64,000 nucleotides of DNA, from the NCBI GenBank assembly GCA_965212075.1, contig OZ243043.1, forward strand, positions 713,661-777,660, in the 5' to 3' direction. Shown here one piece after another: positions 8,214 to 17,896 of this stretch (its first letter is position 1; each line of letters opens with the position of its first letter). The stretch comes from Alphaproteobacteria bacterium (GTDB taxonomy: Bacteria; Pseudomonadota; Alphaproteobacteria; JAPOUT01; G958296285). The notes beneath the pieces were generated by a model. It was not told the origin of the DNA. It searched no databases and saw only the letters and a list, made by a program, of their open reading frames with translations. A program made the translations under genes and the position numbers.

Positions 8214-9419
8214 TTAAGAAGCCCGTTCGGTGATCTGTCTGCCCAGCGCTTCAACAACAGGAATCTCTTCTTCTTTCAGCGGCGGCATGAGCTTTTTGCG
8301 CTTCATCGCTTTTTCTAGATAAGGTGCCAGCTCTTCCATTTTGTGTTTTTGGCGCGCTTCTTCTTCGGCGTGGAATTCGGGCATGACGTCTTTGGCGAAG
8401 AGCTCAAGCGCGGCGCAAATATGCTCATGGCGATTGCGCCCGCCTTGTTGGATGAACGCCACCTGATCCACACCAGCATCAGCGAAAGTGCGCAAATGAT
8501 CGCGCAAGGCTTTCGGGGTGCCAAGCCCGCCTACATGAGTAGAGGGCATCGCGTCGCGATTATGTTCAAAGCTTTTCCATATATTGGTGCGCCCGGGCCT
8601 GTGTGTGCCAAAAATATAATGATGGCCGAGCGCATAGCCAAAGAAGCGGAAGCCATCCATGCCGCGCTTGACGGCTTCGTCTTGATCGGGGTGCACCGAA
8701 AAGCCGCTGACCATGCAGATGTTCGGATTGATCGCATGGCCAATCGGCACGCACTCTTCTTTTAAGATGCGATAATAATCGCCCACCCATTTCACCGCTT
8801 CCTCCGGATCAACAAAAGCAAAGGTCAAAGCGCCAATGCCCAAGCGCGCGGCAAGTTTAATCGTCTCGCGATTGGAGCAGGCAACCCATAAAGGCGGATG
8901 CGGACGCTGCACCGGCTTCGGCACGATATTGCGGCAAGGCATGGAGAAATATTTTCCATCAAAGCCGGGGTAGGGATCCATCGCGAGCATATTGGCGCAT
9001 TGCTCAACGGCCTCGCGCCACTGGTCGCGTTTTTCGCCGACCGGCACGCCATAACCGCCCAGCTCAAGCTGCGCCGAGCTTTCGCCGGTGCCCCATTCAA
9101 CGCGGCCATTGGAAACAAGATCAAGCGTGGCGAGGCGCTCGGCGACGCGCGCGGGATGGTTATAGCCCGGCGGCATCAGCACGATGCCATGGCCTAAGCG
9201 AATTCTTTTTGTTCGCTGTGAGCAGGCTGCCAGAAAAACCTCAGGCGCGGAGGAATGAGAATATTCCTCCAAAAAGTGATGCTCTACCTCCCAAGCATAA
9301 TCAATGCCCAGCCGGTCGGCGAGCTCAACCTGATCGAGGGCTTCGTTAAAAAGCTTTTGCTCATCGCCCTCTTTCCATGGGCGAGGCAGCTGATGTTCGT
9401 AAAAGATGCCGAATTTCAT
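8214..9419 (-). CDS. LLM-class (luciferase-like) flavin-dependent oxidoreductase
   Basis: 401 aa with MKFGIFYEHQLPRPW... and a TIM-barrel luciferase-like monooxygenase signature spanning the length. Confidence 0.8.
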   Translation of the reverse strand: MKFGIFYEHQLPRPWKEGDEQKLFNEALDQVELADRLGIDYAWEVEHHFLEEYSHSSAPEVFLAACSQRTKRIRLGHGIVLMPPGYNHPARVAERLATLDLVSNGRVEWGTGESSAQLELGGYGVPVGEKRDQWREAVEQCANMLAMDPYPGFDGKYFSMPCRNIVPKPVQRPHPPLWVACSNRETIKLAARLGIGALTFAFVDPEEAVKWVGDYYRILKEECVPIGHAINPNICMVSGFSVHPDQDEAVKRGMDGFRFFGYALGHHYIFGTHRPGRTNIWKSFEHNRDAMPSTHVGGLGTPKALRDHLRTFADAGVDQVAFIQQGGRNRHEHICAALELFAKDVMPEFHAEEEARQKHKMEELAPYLEKAMKRKKLMPPLKEEEIPVVEALGRQITERAS

Positions 9420-9431
9420 AAAAATCCCTCT

Positions 9432-10499
9432 CTATTCTGCGGCTTGCGCGCTTGGATCAGCGAGCGCGTCAAACTTAGCGATGAGCCTGTCAGCCTGTTC
9501 CTCGGCCTGCGCGCGGATTTCCTCCAAGAGTGCTGCGCGCTGGCGTTCGCGCGCCAGCTCAAATTGAGTTTTGCCGTGCCAGACAACCATATCGCGCCAG
9601 ACCGGATCGATCAGCGCCGCACCTTTAACCGCGCCATTTTTGCCTTTAAAGGTGAAGCCGCGCAGCTCCGAGAGCACCGTGCGCAGATAAGCGACATGAA
9701 TGTTCTCGTCAATCCTGATCCGCGCGATCATTTCGGCGGCGAGTTTTTTTTCGGCCTCCTTGCCGGGGAAGCTCTCTGGCGCTAAAAGCACTTGCTCGCA
9801 AAAATCAAAGAAAGCATCGGCGCGCACTTCAACCATCAGCACATCGGTCAGCAGAGTGAATAAAGCATCATAAGAATGATCGAGGTCAGGGAAAAACGCA
9901 CCATCTTTGGGACGCTCAATGCTGGCTGGCGCTTTAGGATATGGAAACGCATTTTTGCCAAAAACCATATCGCGCAGCGCGAACCACATTTGATCATGCG
10001 CGCCCGCGCCATTAGGGTTGGCGGAGTCGCCGCCTTCGTCAATGCCGTGCGCGATCAGCAGGCCTTTATCCAAATGGCCGGTCGCGGTTTGAGAAATATC
10101 CTCTTCAATCACCGCCTGCAGATCGGGCGGCGCATAATCCACGAGCATCGCACCGCGCGCTTCCAAAATGCCGGTGATGGTCAAAGAATCCCAGAAAGTG
10201 CGCCCGAAGCCATGCTGCAGCAAGAAAAGCTGCTGGCGGCTATTCGGGTAAGCCCCCGCTTTGAGCAGACCGCGCGACGCATCCAGCAAAGGCAGATTAT
10301 TTTTTTCAAGCTGCTTTTGCCACGCTTTGACCGCGTCCCAGCGATATTTTGTGCGCGGTGAAATATAATTTCCTTTTTCATCAAAGCCGCCATGCAGCTT
10401 GATGCCGACCTCATAGTGCGGACGCGCATAATTATGTTCGGCCATCAGCTCATCTTTGCGCCAGACGAGTTTATCCATTTGTTTCTCCGGAATTATCAT
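9432..10499 (-). CDS. Hypothetical protein (start uncertain; possibly a ferritin-like/diiron protein)
   Basis: 355-aa ORF with no confidently recognised family. It contains a DENIHVAYL (ExxH) motif. The longest ORF overlaps the coxL-like stop by 29 nt. Alternative in-frame ATGs lie at residues 8 and 19. Confidence 0.45.
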   Translation of the reverse strand: MIIPEKQMDKLVWRKDELMAEHNYARPHYEVGIKLHGGFDEKGNYISPRTKYRWDAVKAWQKQLEKNNLPLLDASRGLLKAGAYPNSRQQLFLLQHGFGRTFWDSLTITGILEARGAMLVDYAPPDLQAVIEEDISQTATGHLDKGLLIAHGIDEGGDSANPNGAGAHDQMWFALRDMVFGKNAFPYPKAPASIERPKDGAFFPDLDHSYDALFTLLTDVLMVEVRADAFFDFCEQVLLAPESFPGKEAEKKLAAEMIARIRIDENIHVAYLRTVLSELRGFTFKGKNGAVKGAALIDPVWRDMVVWHGKTQFELARERQRAALLEEIRAQAEEQADRLIAKFDALADPSAQAAE

Positions 10500-12801
10500 T
10501 AATCACGTGCCAGATTTTTTGCGGCGTCAGCGGCATATCAATGTTTTGGACTCCCAAAGGTGCGAGCGCATCCAAAACGGCGTTGACAAAGGCCGGACAG
10601 GCGCCGATGGAACCGACCTCGCCGCAGCCTTTGGAGCCGATCGGCGTATTGCCGCAGGGGATTTCATGAAAGGCCAGATCAAAATTGACGACATCGGCGG
10701 CGCGCGGCATTTGATAATCCATGAAGGAGCCCGAGAGCAATTGGCCATTCTCTTGATCAAACACGGCCTCTTCGCCGATCGCCTGCCCCAGCCCCTGCAC
10801 GATGCCGCCATGCACTTGGCCTGCGACCAGAAGCGGGTTTAAAATTTTGCCGAAATCATCGGCGACCGTGTAGCGGGTGAGCCGCGTGATGCCGGTGGCT
10901 TGCTCTATTTCCACTTCGCAAATGTGGCAGCCATTCGGGTAGGTGCCGTGGTCGGAACTGAACGTGCCTTCGGCTTCAAGCGGTGTCTGCTGGGCGAGAT
11001 CAGCCAAAGTGATCACGCGATTGCTGCCGCTCGCAAGAAAGGCCGGAAGCTCATCGCGCTCTACATCACCGGCGCGAAACGAGGTTTGATCCTCTTCCAC
11101 GCCGAGCATTTTCGCAGCCGCCTGCTTGCCTTTTTCAATCAAATCCTCCGACGCGACATCGAGCGCGCCATTGGCCATATAAAGCGAGCGCGATCCGCCT
11201 GTGCCGCCGCCGCCGGACAAAGTCTCCGTGTCGCCCGAATGAACGACGATATGGTCGGGATGGATCCCTAATTTCTCGGTTACGATTTGCGCCCAAGCGG
11301 TCTCATGCCCCTGCCCGTTTGATTGCGTACCCGCATAGATATTGGCTACGCCCTTTTTATCAACGACAATGCGCGCAAATTCTTGGCTATTGCCGGGCGT
11401 GCGCTCAACATAATAGGCCATGCCTAGCCCGCGCAAAAATCCGTCCGGCGCATCTTTGCGGCGCTTTTCAAAACCTTTTACATCGGCGCGCTCCACCGCA
11501 TCATTCATCACGCGCGCAAAGTCGCCGCTGTCAAAGGGCAGAGTCGGAGCGGACGTCTTGCCCATCTGATCTGGCTGAACGAAGTTTTTCTCGCGCAAAG
11601 TGTGCGGCGCGATATCAAGCGCGCGCGCGGCAGCCTCCACGAGTCGTTCAATCACATAAGAGGCTTCGGGCCGTCCGGCACCGCGATAGGCATCCACTGG
11701 CGTCGTATGGGTCATCGCGCCGCGCACGCGGTGATAAAAGGCCGGCACCGCATAAGCGCCGACATGCATGCCTGCATTGGCCAGAGTCGGAATGAACGGC
11801 GCAAATTGCGAAAGATAGCCGCCCATATTGGCAATCGTCTCGGCTCTGACCGCCAAAAACTTCCCCTCTTTATCAAGCGCAATCTCCGCATGGGTAAAAT
11901 TATCGCGCCCCTGCGTGTCGGTGACGAAGGCATCGCTGCGCTCGCCGACCCATTTGACAGGCCGGTTGAGCTGCTTGGCTGCAAACAGCACCAAAGGATA
12001 TTCACTATACAAAAACGTTTTCATGCCAAAGCCGCCGCCGACATCGCCGGTGATAAGGCGTAATTGTTCAGGCTTGATGCCCATCACCATGCCCGCGAGA
12101 ACATTGCGCATAAGATGAACTCCCTGCGTGCAAACATGGAGCGTATAATGATCCTTCTCCTTATCGTAAACACCGACAGCCGCGCGCGGCTCCATCGCAT
12201 TGACGATGACGCGGTTATTGATCAAATCCAGCTTAACCACATGAGCGGCTTCAGCAAAAGCCTTTGCCGCCGCCTGTTCATCACCGATTGACCAGTCAAA
12301 CGCTTGATTGGTGCCATGATCTTGAAACACCAAAGGCGCGCCTTCGACGAGCGCGTCCGACGCCGACGTGACCACCGGCCTGTCATCATAATCAACCTCA
12401 ATCAGATCGGCGGCGTCTTTGGCCTGCGCCAAAGTTTCCGCGACGACCAGCGCGACATTGTCGCCGACATGGCGCACGCGGTCGCCGGTCAATATAGGCC
12501 GATAGGCCGGCATGGTGATCGCGCTGCCGTCGCTGTTTTTGACCATGCCCGCCGCAAGACACGGGATCGGTTTGAGTCCAGCCTCGTCCACATCTTTCGC
12601 CGTCCATACACCCAGCACACCGTCGGCTTTTTCAGCCGCGCTAGTGTCAATGGCATTGATCACCGCATGCGCATAGGGCGAGCGCAGCACAAAAGCATAG
12701 GCCTGCTTGTCAACATAAATATCCGACGTATAACGCCCCTGCCCCGTGAGCAAACGCGGATCTTCACGCCGCAGAACTGATTGTCCTATGCCAAATTTCA
12801 T
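10471..12801 (-). CDS. Xanthine dehydrogenase / aerobic CO dehydrogenase family molybdopterin-binding large subunit (CoxL-like)
   Basis: The start was refined to the ATG giving MKFGIGQSVLRREDPRLLTGQGRYTSD, which is the canonical N-terminus of this family. An AAGGA ribosome-binding site lies upstream. The longer track ORF begins at an upstream TTG. No small (FeS) or medium (FAD) subunit genes are adjacent. Confidence 0.85.
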   Translation of the reverse strand: MKFGIGQSVLRREDPRLLTGQGRYTSDIYVDKQAYAFVLRSPYAHAVINAIDTSAAEKADGVLGVWTAKDVDEAGLKPIPCLAAGMVKNSDGSAITMPAYRPILTGDRVRHVGDNVALVVAETLAQAKDAADLIEVDYDDRPVVTSASDALVEGAPLVFQDHGTNQAFDWSIGDEQAAAKAFAEAAHVVKLDLINNRVIVNAMEPRAAVGVYDKEKDHYTLHVCTQGVHLMRNVLAGMVMGIKPEQLRLITGDVGGGFGMKTFLYSEYPLVLFAAKQLNRPVKWVGERSDAFVTDTQGRDNFTHAEIALDKEGKFLAVRAETIANMGGYLSQFAPFIPTLANAGMHVGAYAVPAFYHRVRGAMTHTTPVDAYRGAGRPEASYVIERLVEAAARALDIAPHTLREKNFVQPDQMGKTSAPTLPFDSGDFARVMNDAVERADVKGFEKRRKDAPDGFLRGLGMAYYVERTPGNSQEFARIVVDKKGVANIYAGTQSNGQGHETAWAQIVTEKLGIHPDHIVVHSGDTETLSGGGGTGGSRSLYMANGALDVASEDLIEKGKQAAAKMLGVEEDQTSFRAGDVERDELPAFLASGSNRVITLADLAQQTPLEAEGTFSSDHGTYPNGCHICEVEIEQATGITRLTRYTVADDFGKILNPLLVAGQVHGGIVQGLGQAIGEEAVFDQENGQLLSGSFMDYQMPRAADVVNFDLAFHEIPCGNTPIGSKGCGEVGSIGACPAFVNAVLDALAPLGVQNIDMPLTPQKIWHVINDNSGETNG

Positions 12802-12820
12802 TTTTGTATCCTTGTTAAGT

Positions 12821-13570
12821 TTAATTTCGGAAAGACGGATCAACCCGATCAAGCTTGCGCATCAAAGCCGGCCATGCCAAATTGCCGATCCCGTTGGCAT
12901 TGGCGAAGCGCGCCTGTCCGGCGGTTTTTTCGGCGACGCCTTGGTTGGGCATATTGACGCCGTCGCGTCCAACCGCGAGCGCTTTGACCTGCATCGTGCA
13001 GGCGCGCTCCAAAAAGAACAGCCGCAGAAAAGCGTCAGCGCAATCGGCGCCGGTGGTGAGCAGGCCGTGATTGCGCAGGATCATCATATGCTTGTCGCCC
13101 AGATCATCAATGAGGCGCTCGCGCTCTTCATGCTCAAGCGCGATGCCTTCATAATCGTGATAAGAGAGGTCTTCGCGCGCGATCATCGCCGTCTGGGTGA
13201 GCGGCAGCAGGCCTTCTTTTTGCGCCGACACTGCGGTGCCGTCATCGGAGTGGGTATGGATCACACAATGCGCATCCGCACCGCTCATATGCACCGCCGA
13301 GTGAATCGTGAAGCCCGCAGGGTTCACCTCATAGGGGCTGTCGGAAACTTTATTGCCGTCTAAATCCACCTTGACCAAAGAGGATGCGGTGATTTCGTCA
13401 AACGTCATGCCATAGGGGTTGAGAAAAAACTGGTCGTCATGGTTGGGGACGCGCGCCGAAATATGCGTGTAGATCAGGTCGTCCCAGCCATGGAGCGCGA
13501 CGAGCCGATAGGTGGCCGCCAGATCTACGCGGACTTGCTGTTCTTCTTCTAACTGTTCAGAATTGGACAT
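12821..13570 (-). CDS. Class II aldolase/adducin-family protein
   Basis: 249 aa. It contains the HTHS...HNHG metal-binding pattern typical of class II aldolase/adducin N-terminal domains. Confidence 0.75.
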   Translation of the reverse strand: MSNSEQLEEEQQVRVDLAATYRLVALHGWDDLIYTHISARVPNHDDQFFLNPYGMTFDEITASSLVKVDLDGNKVSDSPYEVNPAGFTIHSAVHMSGADAHCVIHTHSDDGTAVSAQKEGLLPLTQTAMIAREDLSYHDYEGIALEHEERERLIDDLGDKHMMILRNHGLLTTGADCADAFLRLFFLERACTMQVKALAVGRDGVNMPNQGVAEKTAGQARFANANGIGNLAWPALMRKLDRVDPSFRN

Positions 13571-13644
13571 ATTGTTGCCTCCTTCGCCCGACTCCTCGTC
13601 GCTCGTTTATAGCATATTCGGCGATAATTCTCTATAAAGGGATT

Positions 13645-14646
13645 ATGAAAAACTTAGCTCAATTGGAAGATGCCCATGGCCGCATTATCAGCTATTTACG
13701 GCTGTCGGTGACCGATCGCTGCGACCTGCGCTGCGTCTATTGCATGAGCGCGCGGCCTCGCTTCCTGCCCAAATCCGAAGTTTTGAGTCCCGCCGAAATT
13801 GACCGCCTCGTCGGCGCTTGTGTCGCGCGCGGGGTGCACAAAATCCGCCTGACCGGCGGCGAGCCTCTCGTGCGCCGCGAGATTATGGACATCGTCGCCG
13901 CCCTCGCCGCTCATGAGCTTGACGAGCTCACTTTGACCAGCAATGGCACTTTGATGCCTCTTTATGCCGATCAGCTTTACGCGCATGGTGTGCGGCGCGT
14001 TAACATCTCACTGGACAGCCTGCGCGATGATGTCTTTGCAAAAATCACCCGCGGCGGTGATCTGGCAAAAACTTTGGCCGGCATTGACGCCGCACAGCAA
14101 GCCGGATTGAAAGTCAAAATCAATATCGTCGCTATGGCCGGAATCAATCAAGATGAAATCCCTGAAATGATTGACTGGGCGCATCGGCGGCACATGGACG
14201 TCACTTTGATTGAAACTATGCCTATGTCCGATACCGGCTTTGACTTGACTCGCTATTATCTGCCGCTCTCGCAGGTGCGCGAAAGGCTTGAAGATTTATG
14301 GCAGCTCAAAGATGATGACGCGGTCGCGCAGCATGGCGGCCCGGCGCGTTATGCGCACGTTGAGGAAACCGGCGGACGCATCGGCTTCATCACGCCACTG
14401 ACGCATAATTTTTGCGCCGCGTGCAATCGGATCAGAATTACCTGCACCGGCCAGCTTTATATGTGCCTCGGCCATGAAGACCATATTGATCTGCGCAAAG
14501 CGCTGCGCGCATCGCAAGATGACGCGCCGCTGCATGCCGCGCTGAATCGCGCTCTGCGGAAAAAAGCGCCCGCGCATGATTTTTATATCAGCGCCGATAA
14601 GGTCAGCGGCTCTCCGGCGCGCGCGATGTCCACCACTGGAGGGTGA
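13645..14646 (+). CDS. moaA: GTP 3',8-cyclase MoaA (radical SAM, molybdenum cofactor biosynthesis)
   Basis: CDLRCVYCM radical-SAM cluster motif. C-terminal CxxCxR...C second cluster. Length 333 aa. Confidence 0.9.
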   Translation: MKNLAQLEDAHGRIISYLRLSVTDRCDLRCVYCMSARPRFLPKSEVLSPAEIDRLVGACVARGVHKIRLTGGEPLVRREIMDIVAALAAHELDELTLTSNGTLMPLYADQLYAHGVRRVNISLDSLRDDVFAKITRGGDLAKTLAGIDAAQQAGLKVKINIVAMAGINQDEIPEMIDWAHRRHMDVTLIETMPMSDTGFDLTRYYLPLSQVRERLEDLWQLKDDDAVAQHGGPARYAHVEETGGRIGFITPLTHNFCAACNRIRITCTGQLYMCLGHEDHIDLRKALRASQDDAPLHAALNRALRKKAPAHDFYISADKVSGSPARAMSTTGG

Positions 14647-15446
14647 GCGTTATGAAAATCGCTTTTTTGGCCGCGCCCAACAAAAAAGCCAACCAAATGC
14701 GCAAAGACTTGACAAAGCTCTATGGCAAACACCGCGCCGAGCGGGCCGACATTCTCGTCGTGCTAGGCGGCGACGGCTTCATGCTGCACACTTTGCATCA
14801 ATATATTGAGCGCGGCTTTGCGGGCAAGCAGATCTACGGCATCAATTCGGGCACGATTGGGTTTTTGCTGAACGGCGCGGGCTCTAATAACCTGCCCCCG
14901 AAAAACTTGATGAAACGCATTGAGGCGGCGCAGACAACCATTCTCCATCCGCTCACGATGAGCGTGCACACAAAAAACAAAGAGACACATCAGGCACTCG
15001 CGATTAACGAAGTGTCTTTATTTCGCAAAAGCTCGCAGACGGCGCATATCCGCATCTCGGTTGATGGCCGCGTGCGCATGGAGACTTTGTCAGCCGATGG
15101 CGTTTTGCTGGCTACCGCCGCGGGCAGTTCGGCCTATAATTTTTCAGCCGGCGGCCCGATCGTGCCGCTCGGCGCAGGCGTTCTGGCTCTGACTCCGATC
15201 AGCGCGTTCCGGCCACGACGCTGGCGCGGCGCGCTGCTGCCCTCATCGGCAAAGGTGAGGTTTGAAGCGCTTGATCCCAAAAAACGGCCAATCCGCGCCG
15301 TCGCCGATCATAAAGAAATTGGCAGCGATATCGGCGACATTATTCGCGTAGACATCCATGAAGACAAAAAGATCAAACTGCCGCTGCTGTTTGATTCCGA
15401 TCACGGACTGGAAGAGCGGATCATCTCCGAGCAATTTCAGCCTTAA
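14643..15446 (+). CDS. nadK: NAD+ kinase
   Basis: GGDGFML motif (the NAD kinase GGDG signature). 267 aa. Overlaps the moaA stop (ATGA-type coupling). Confidence 0.85.
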   Translation: MSVMKIAFLAAPNKKANQMRKDLTKLYGKHRAERADILVVLGGDGFMLHTLHQYIERGFAGKQIYGINSGTIGFLLNGAGSNNLPPKNLMKRIEAAQTTILHPLTMSVHTKNKETHQALAINEVSLFRKSSQTAHIRISVDGRVRMETLSADGVLLATAAGSSAYNFSAGGPIVPLGAGVLALTPISAFRPRRWRGALLPSSAKVRFEALDPKKRPIRAVADHKEIGSDIGDIIRVDIHEDKKIKLPLLFDSDHGLEERIISEQFQP

Positions 15447-15460
15447 TTATTTTATTAAAT

Positions 15461-15793
15461 TTATTCCCGATTATCGGGACAGTCCGATGGCGCTTTATCA
15501 TAAATCAATAAAAGCAGCTCGGCCTCCTCCTTGCCCTTGCGCGCGAGGCGGCAGAGCAGCTCAATCGCTTTCTCCTCATCCTGCATGCCAAATGACGTCA
15601 GCCGCCACAATCTGCGCTCAATGGCGCGCGGCAGAGATGGCTCTTCTTTCGTTTCAATGTTGGCAATCGCGATGCGATAATCAATCCAGTCCTGCCAATC
15701 ATCCCATGAGGGCAGAGAAAATAATTTGATCAGAATCACCACGACAAGCAGCAAAATAACAATCTGAATGAGAGTCTTCACGCCTGCAATCAT
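15461..15793 (-). CDS. Small hypothetical membrane protein
   Basis: 110 aa with one N-terminal TM helix (LIQIVILLLVVVILIKLF). Confidence 0.45.
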   Translation of the reverse strand: MIAGVKTLIQIVILLLVVVILIKLFSLPSWDDWQDWIDYRIAIANIETKEEPSLPRAIERRLWRLTSFGMQDEEKAIELLCRLARKGKEEAELLLLIYDKAPSDCPDNRE

Positions 15794-15811
15794 TGTGCTT
15801 CACTCATCGCG

Positions 15812-16603
15812 TTATTGCCTGAACGGCTCGGAGGATACAGGGTAGCCAGCTTCATCAGGAATTATGAGCATAGGTTCAGCGCCGCTTCTATCTACTTTCG
15901 GCAGCACGGTCACGATTTTGCGCGCGCGCGCTTCTTCCATCGCTTGCGCGACGTTCTCGCAGTCAGCGATCATTGCAAGATTCATGCGCGTTGGAAAAAT
16001 CACCTGCCGCCTGCCCTCTTCGCCATCTCTGATCGCATCTTTGGGGCGCAGCCATATCGAATCAACCATTTCGCGGCCATCATGCAATCCGGCCTGCCCT
16101 TCAGGCGCGGCGGCAATAAAAAAATGCGTGTCAAAACGTTTCGGCATCATCTCCGGCGTGATCCAATGAGCGTAAAAAACCAATGACGCGCAATCAGCCT
16201 CCAGATCGTGCTGGCGCAGAAACTTCGCGAAAGGCGGCTGGCGATCTTCAACCTTTTTGCGAAAATCCCACAACGAAAAAGCATGATCGCCGGAGATAAA
16301 ATCCTCAGGCTTGTTTTTGTCGCGCGCGAGCAAAATTCCGGTTTCCTCAAAAGCCTCGCGGATCGCCGCCGCCCGCCAAGGCAAAGTCGCAGCGCCGTCC
16401 TTTTCCCAATGAATACAGACATCGCGCAATTCGGCTGTATGGTCGTGTTGATCCACGCGGCCTCCGGGAAAGACCAGCGCTGAGCTGGCAAAATCAATCC
16501 GATGATGGCGCTGCACCATAAATACTTCCAGCCCGTTCTCGCCATCGCGGATCAGCAAAATCGTCGCCGCCGGAATTAGTGTGTTTGATGATGTATCTGT
16601 CAT
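15812..16603 (-). CDS. NUDIX hydrolase (CoA pyrophosphatase-like)
   Basis: NUDIX-box-like REAFEETG. The start was set at MTDTSS (residue 18 of the track ORF), because the upstream extension is an R/K-rich low-complexity stretch. Confidence 0.75.
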   Translation of the reverse strand: MTDTSSNTLIPAATILLIRDGENGLEVFMVQRHHRIDFASSALVFPGGRVDQHDHTAELRDVCIHWEKDGAATLPWRAAAIREAFEETGILLARDKNKPEDFISGDHAFSLWDFRKKVEDRQPPFAKFLRQHDLEADCASLVFYAHWITPEMMPKRFDTHFFIAAAPEGQAGLHDGREMVDSIWLRPKDAIRDGEEGRRQVIFPTRMNLAMIADCENVAQAMEEARARKIVTVLPKVDRSGAEPMLIIPDEAGYPVSSEPFRQ

Positions 16604-16700
16604 AAACCGCCTTTTTCTCCTCTGCCCCTTTCTTCTCCGATTGAGCTTCCTCACAATAATCTATATCATTGACTGCGGAAATCATTCAAGTGAGGGAAAC

Positions 16701-17885
16701 ATGCTATCATCTATACGCGTGGTTGAAGCGGCAACCTACATCGCCGCGCCATCTGCAGGGGGTCTGCTTGCCGATTGGGGCGCTGACGTTATTAAGATCG
16801 AGCCGCCCACCGGCTGCCCGATGCGCAATACGTTCAAATCTGAAGATGACTTTCCGGTGTTTAACTTGGATAATCGCGGCAAAAAGGGAATGACGCTGGA
16901 TTTAACACAGAGTGAAAGCCTTCCGGTGTTCAAACGTCTGCTGAAAGATGCGGATGTGTTTTTGACAAATTTACGCAGTAAATCGCTTCACAAAATCGGC
17001 TTTGGCTATGACCAGCTCAAAGAGGAGTTTCCACAGCTGATTTACGCTGAAGTCAGCGGCTATGGCACGGTCGGACCGGATAAAGATCTGCCGGGTTTTG
17101 ACATTAGCGCTTTTTTCGCGCGCTCTGGCATGACCGCAGCGAGCACACCGCGCGGCGGCGAGCCGGTTTTGCCGCGCACGGCGGTTGGCGATCACGTCAC
17201 CGGCATCGCGACCGCAGCGGCGATTCTCGCTGCCATATTGAACCGGCAAAAAATCAATCAAGGCTGCTTCATCGATTCCTCTCTGCTGCGCACAGGCATT
17301 TATGCGCTGGGCACTGATTTTGCTGTTCAGATGGGCTTCGGCAAATTCATGGCGACAAGGCCGCGCGCGCAGATGGTCTATCCGATGGGGAATTATTTCT
17401 GCACGAAGGACGGGCGCTGGCTGACGATCATACCGCGTCCGGCTGACAAAGATGAATGGCACCGGATATGCACGCTCGTCGGCGCGCCCGATCTGGTGAC
17501 CAATCCCGACTATGACACGCTCAAAAAGCGCATTGCGGCATCAAGCGAAATTGTCGGACGACTCGACGCCTGCTTTGCCACCAAAACATTTGACGAATGG
17601 AAGCCGCTGCTGGAAAAAGCCGATTTGATCTGGGCACCGGTGATGAGGCCAGATGAAGTGGTGCATGACGAACAGGCCAATGCGGTCGGCGCCTTTATTG
17701 ATGTGCCAAACGCCGCTGGCGGCCATCGGCGCTCAATTGCCGGCCCGACCCGCTTTGTTGATGTGCCGCTTCCCGAGACGCGCCCCCCGCCCTTACTCGG
17801 GCAGCATAATGACGAAGTGATGCGCCAGCTCGGTTATGACGAAAATGCAATCACGCGTCTAAAAAAAGAAGGCGTTTTTGGATAA
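16701..17885 (+). CDS. CoA-transferase family III (CaiB/BaiF-like)
   Basis: The start was refined to MLSSIRVVEAATYIAAPSAGGLLADWGADVIKIEPPTG, which is the canonical family III N-terminus. A GAGGGA ribosome-binding site lies upstream. Confidence 0.85.
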   Translation: MLSSIRVVEAATYIAAPSAGGLLADWGADVIKIEPPTGCPMRNTFKSEDDFPVFNLDNRGKKGMTLDLTQSESLPVFKRLLKDADVFLTNLRSKSLHKIGFGYDQLKEEFPQLIYAEVSGYGTVGPDKDLPGFDISAFFARSGMTAASTPRGGEPVLPRTAVGDHVTGIATAAAILAAILNRQKINQGCFIDSSLLRTGIYALGTDFAVQMGFGKFMATRPRAQMVYPMGNYFCTKDGRWLTIIPRPADKDEWHRICTLVGAPDLVTNPDYDTLKKRIAASSEIVGRLDACFATKTFDEWKPLLEKADLIWAPVMRPDEVVHDEQANAVGAFIDVPNAAGGHRRSIAGPTRFVDVPLPETRPPPLLGQHNDEVMRQLGYDENAITRLKKEGVFG

Positions 17886-17896
17886 GCTGCCAGCCA

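Noticed and set aside
13571-13644. Possible Moco riboswitch upstream of moaA
   Set aside because: The intergenic region is only about 74 nt, which is too short for the roughly 140-nt Moco riboswitch, and no conserved motif is evident.
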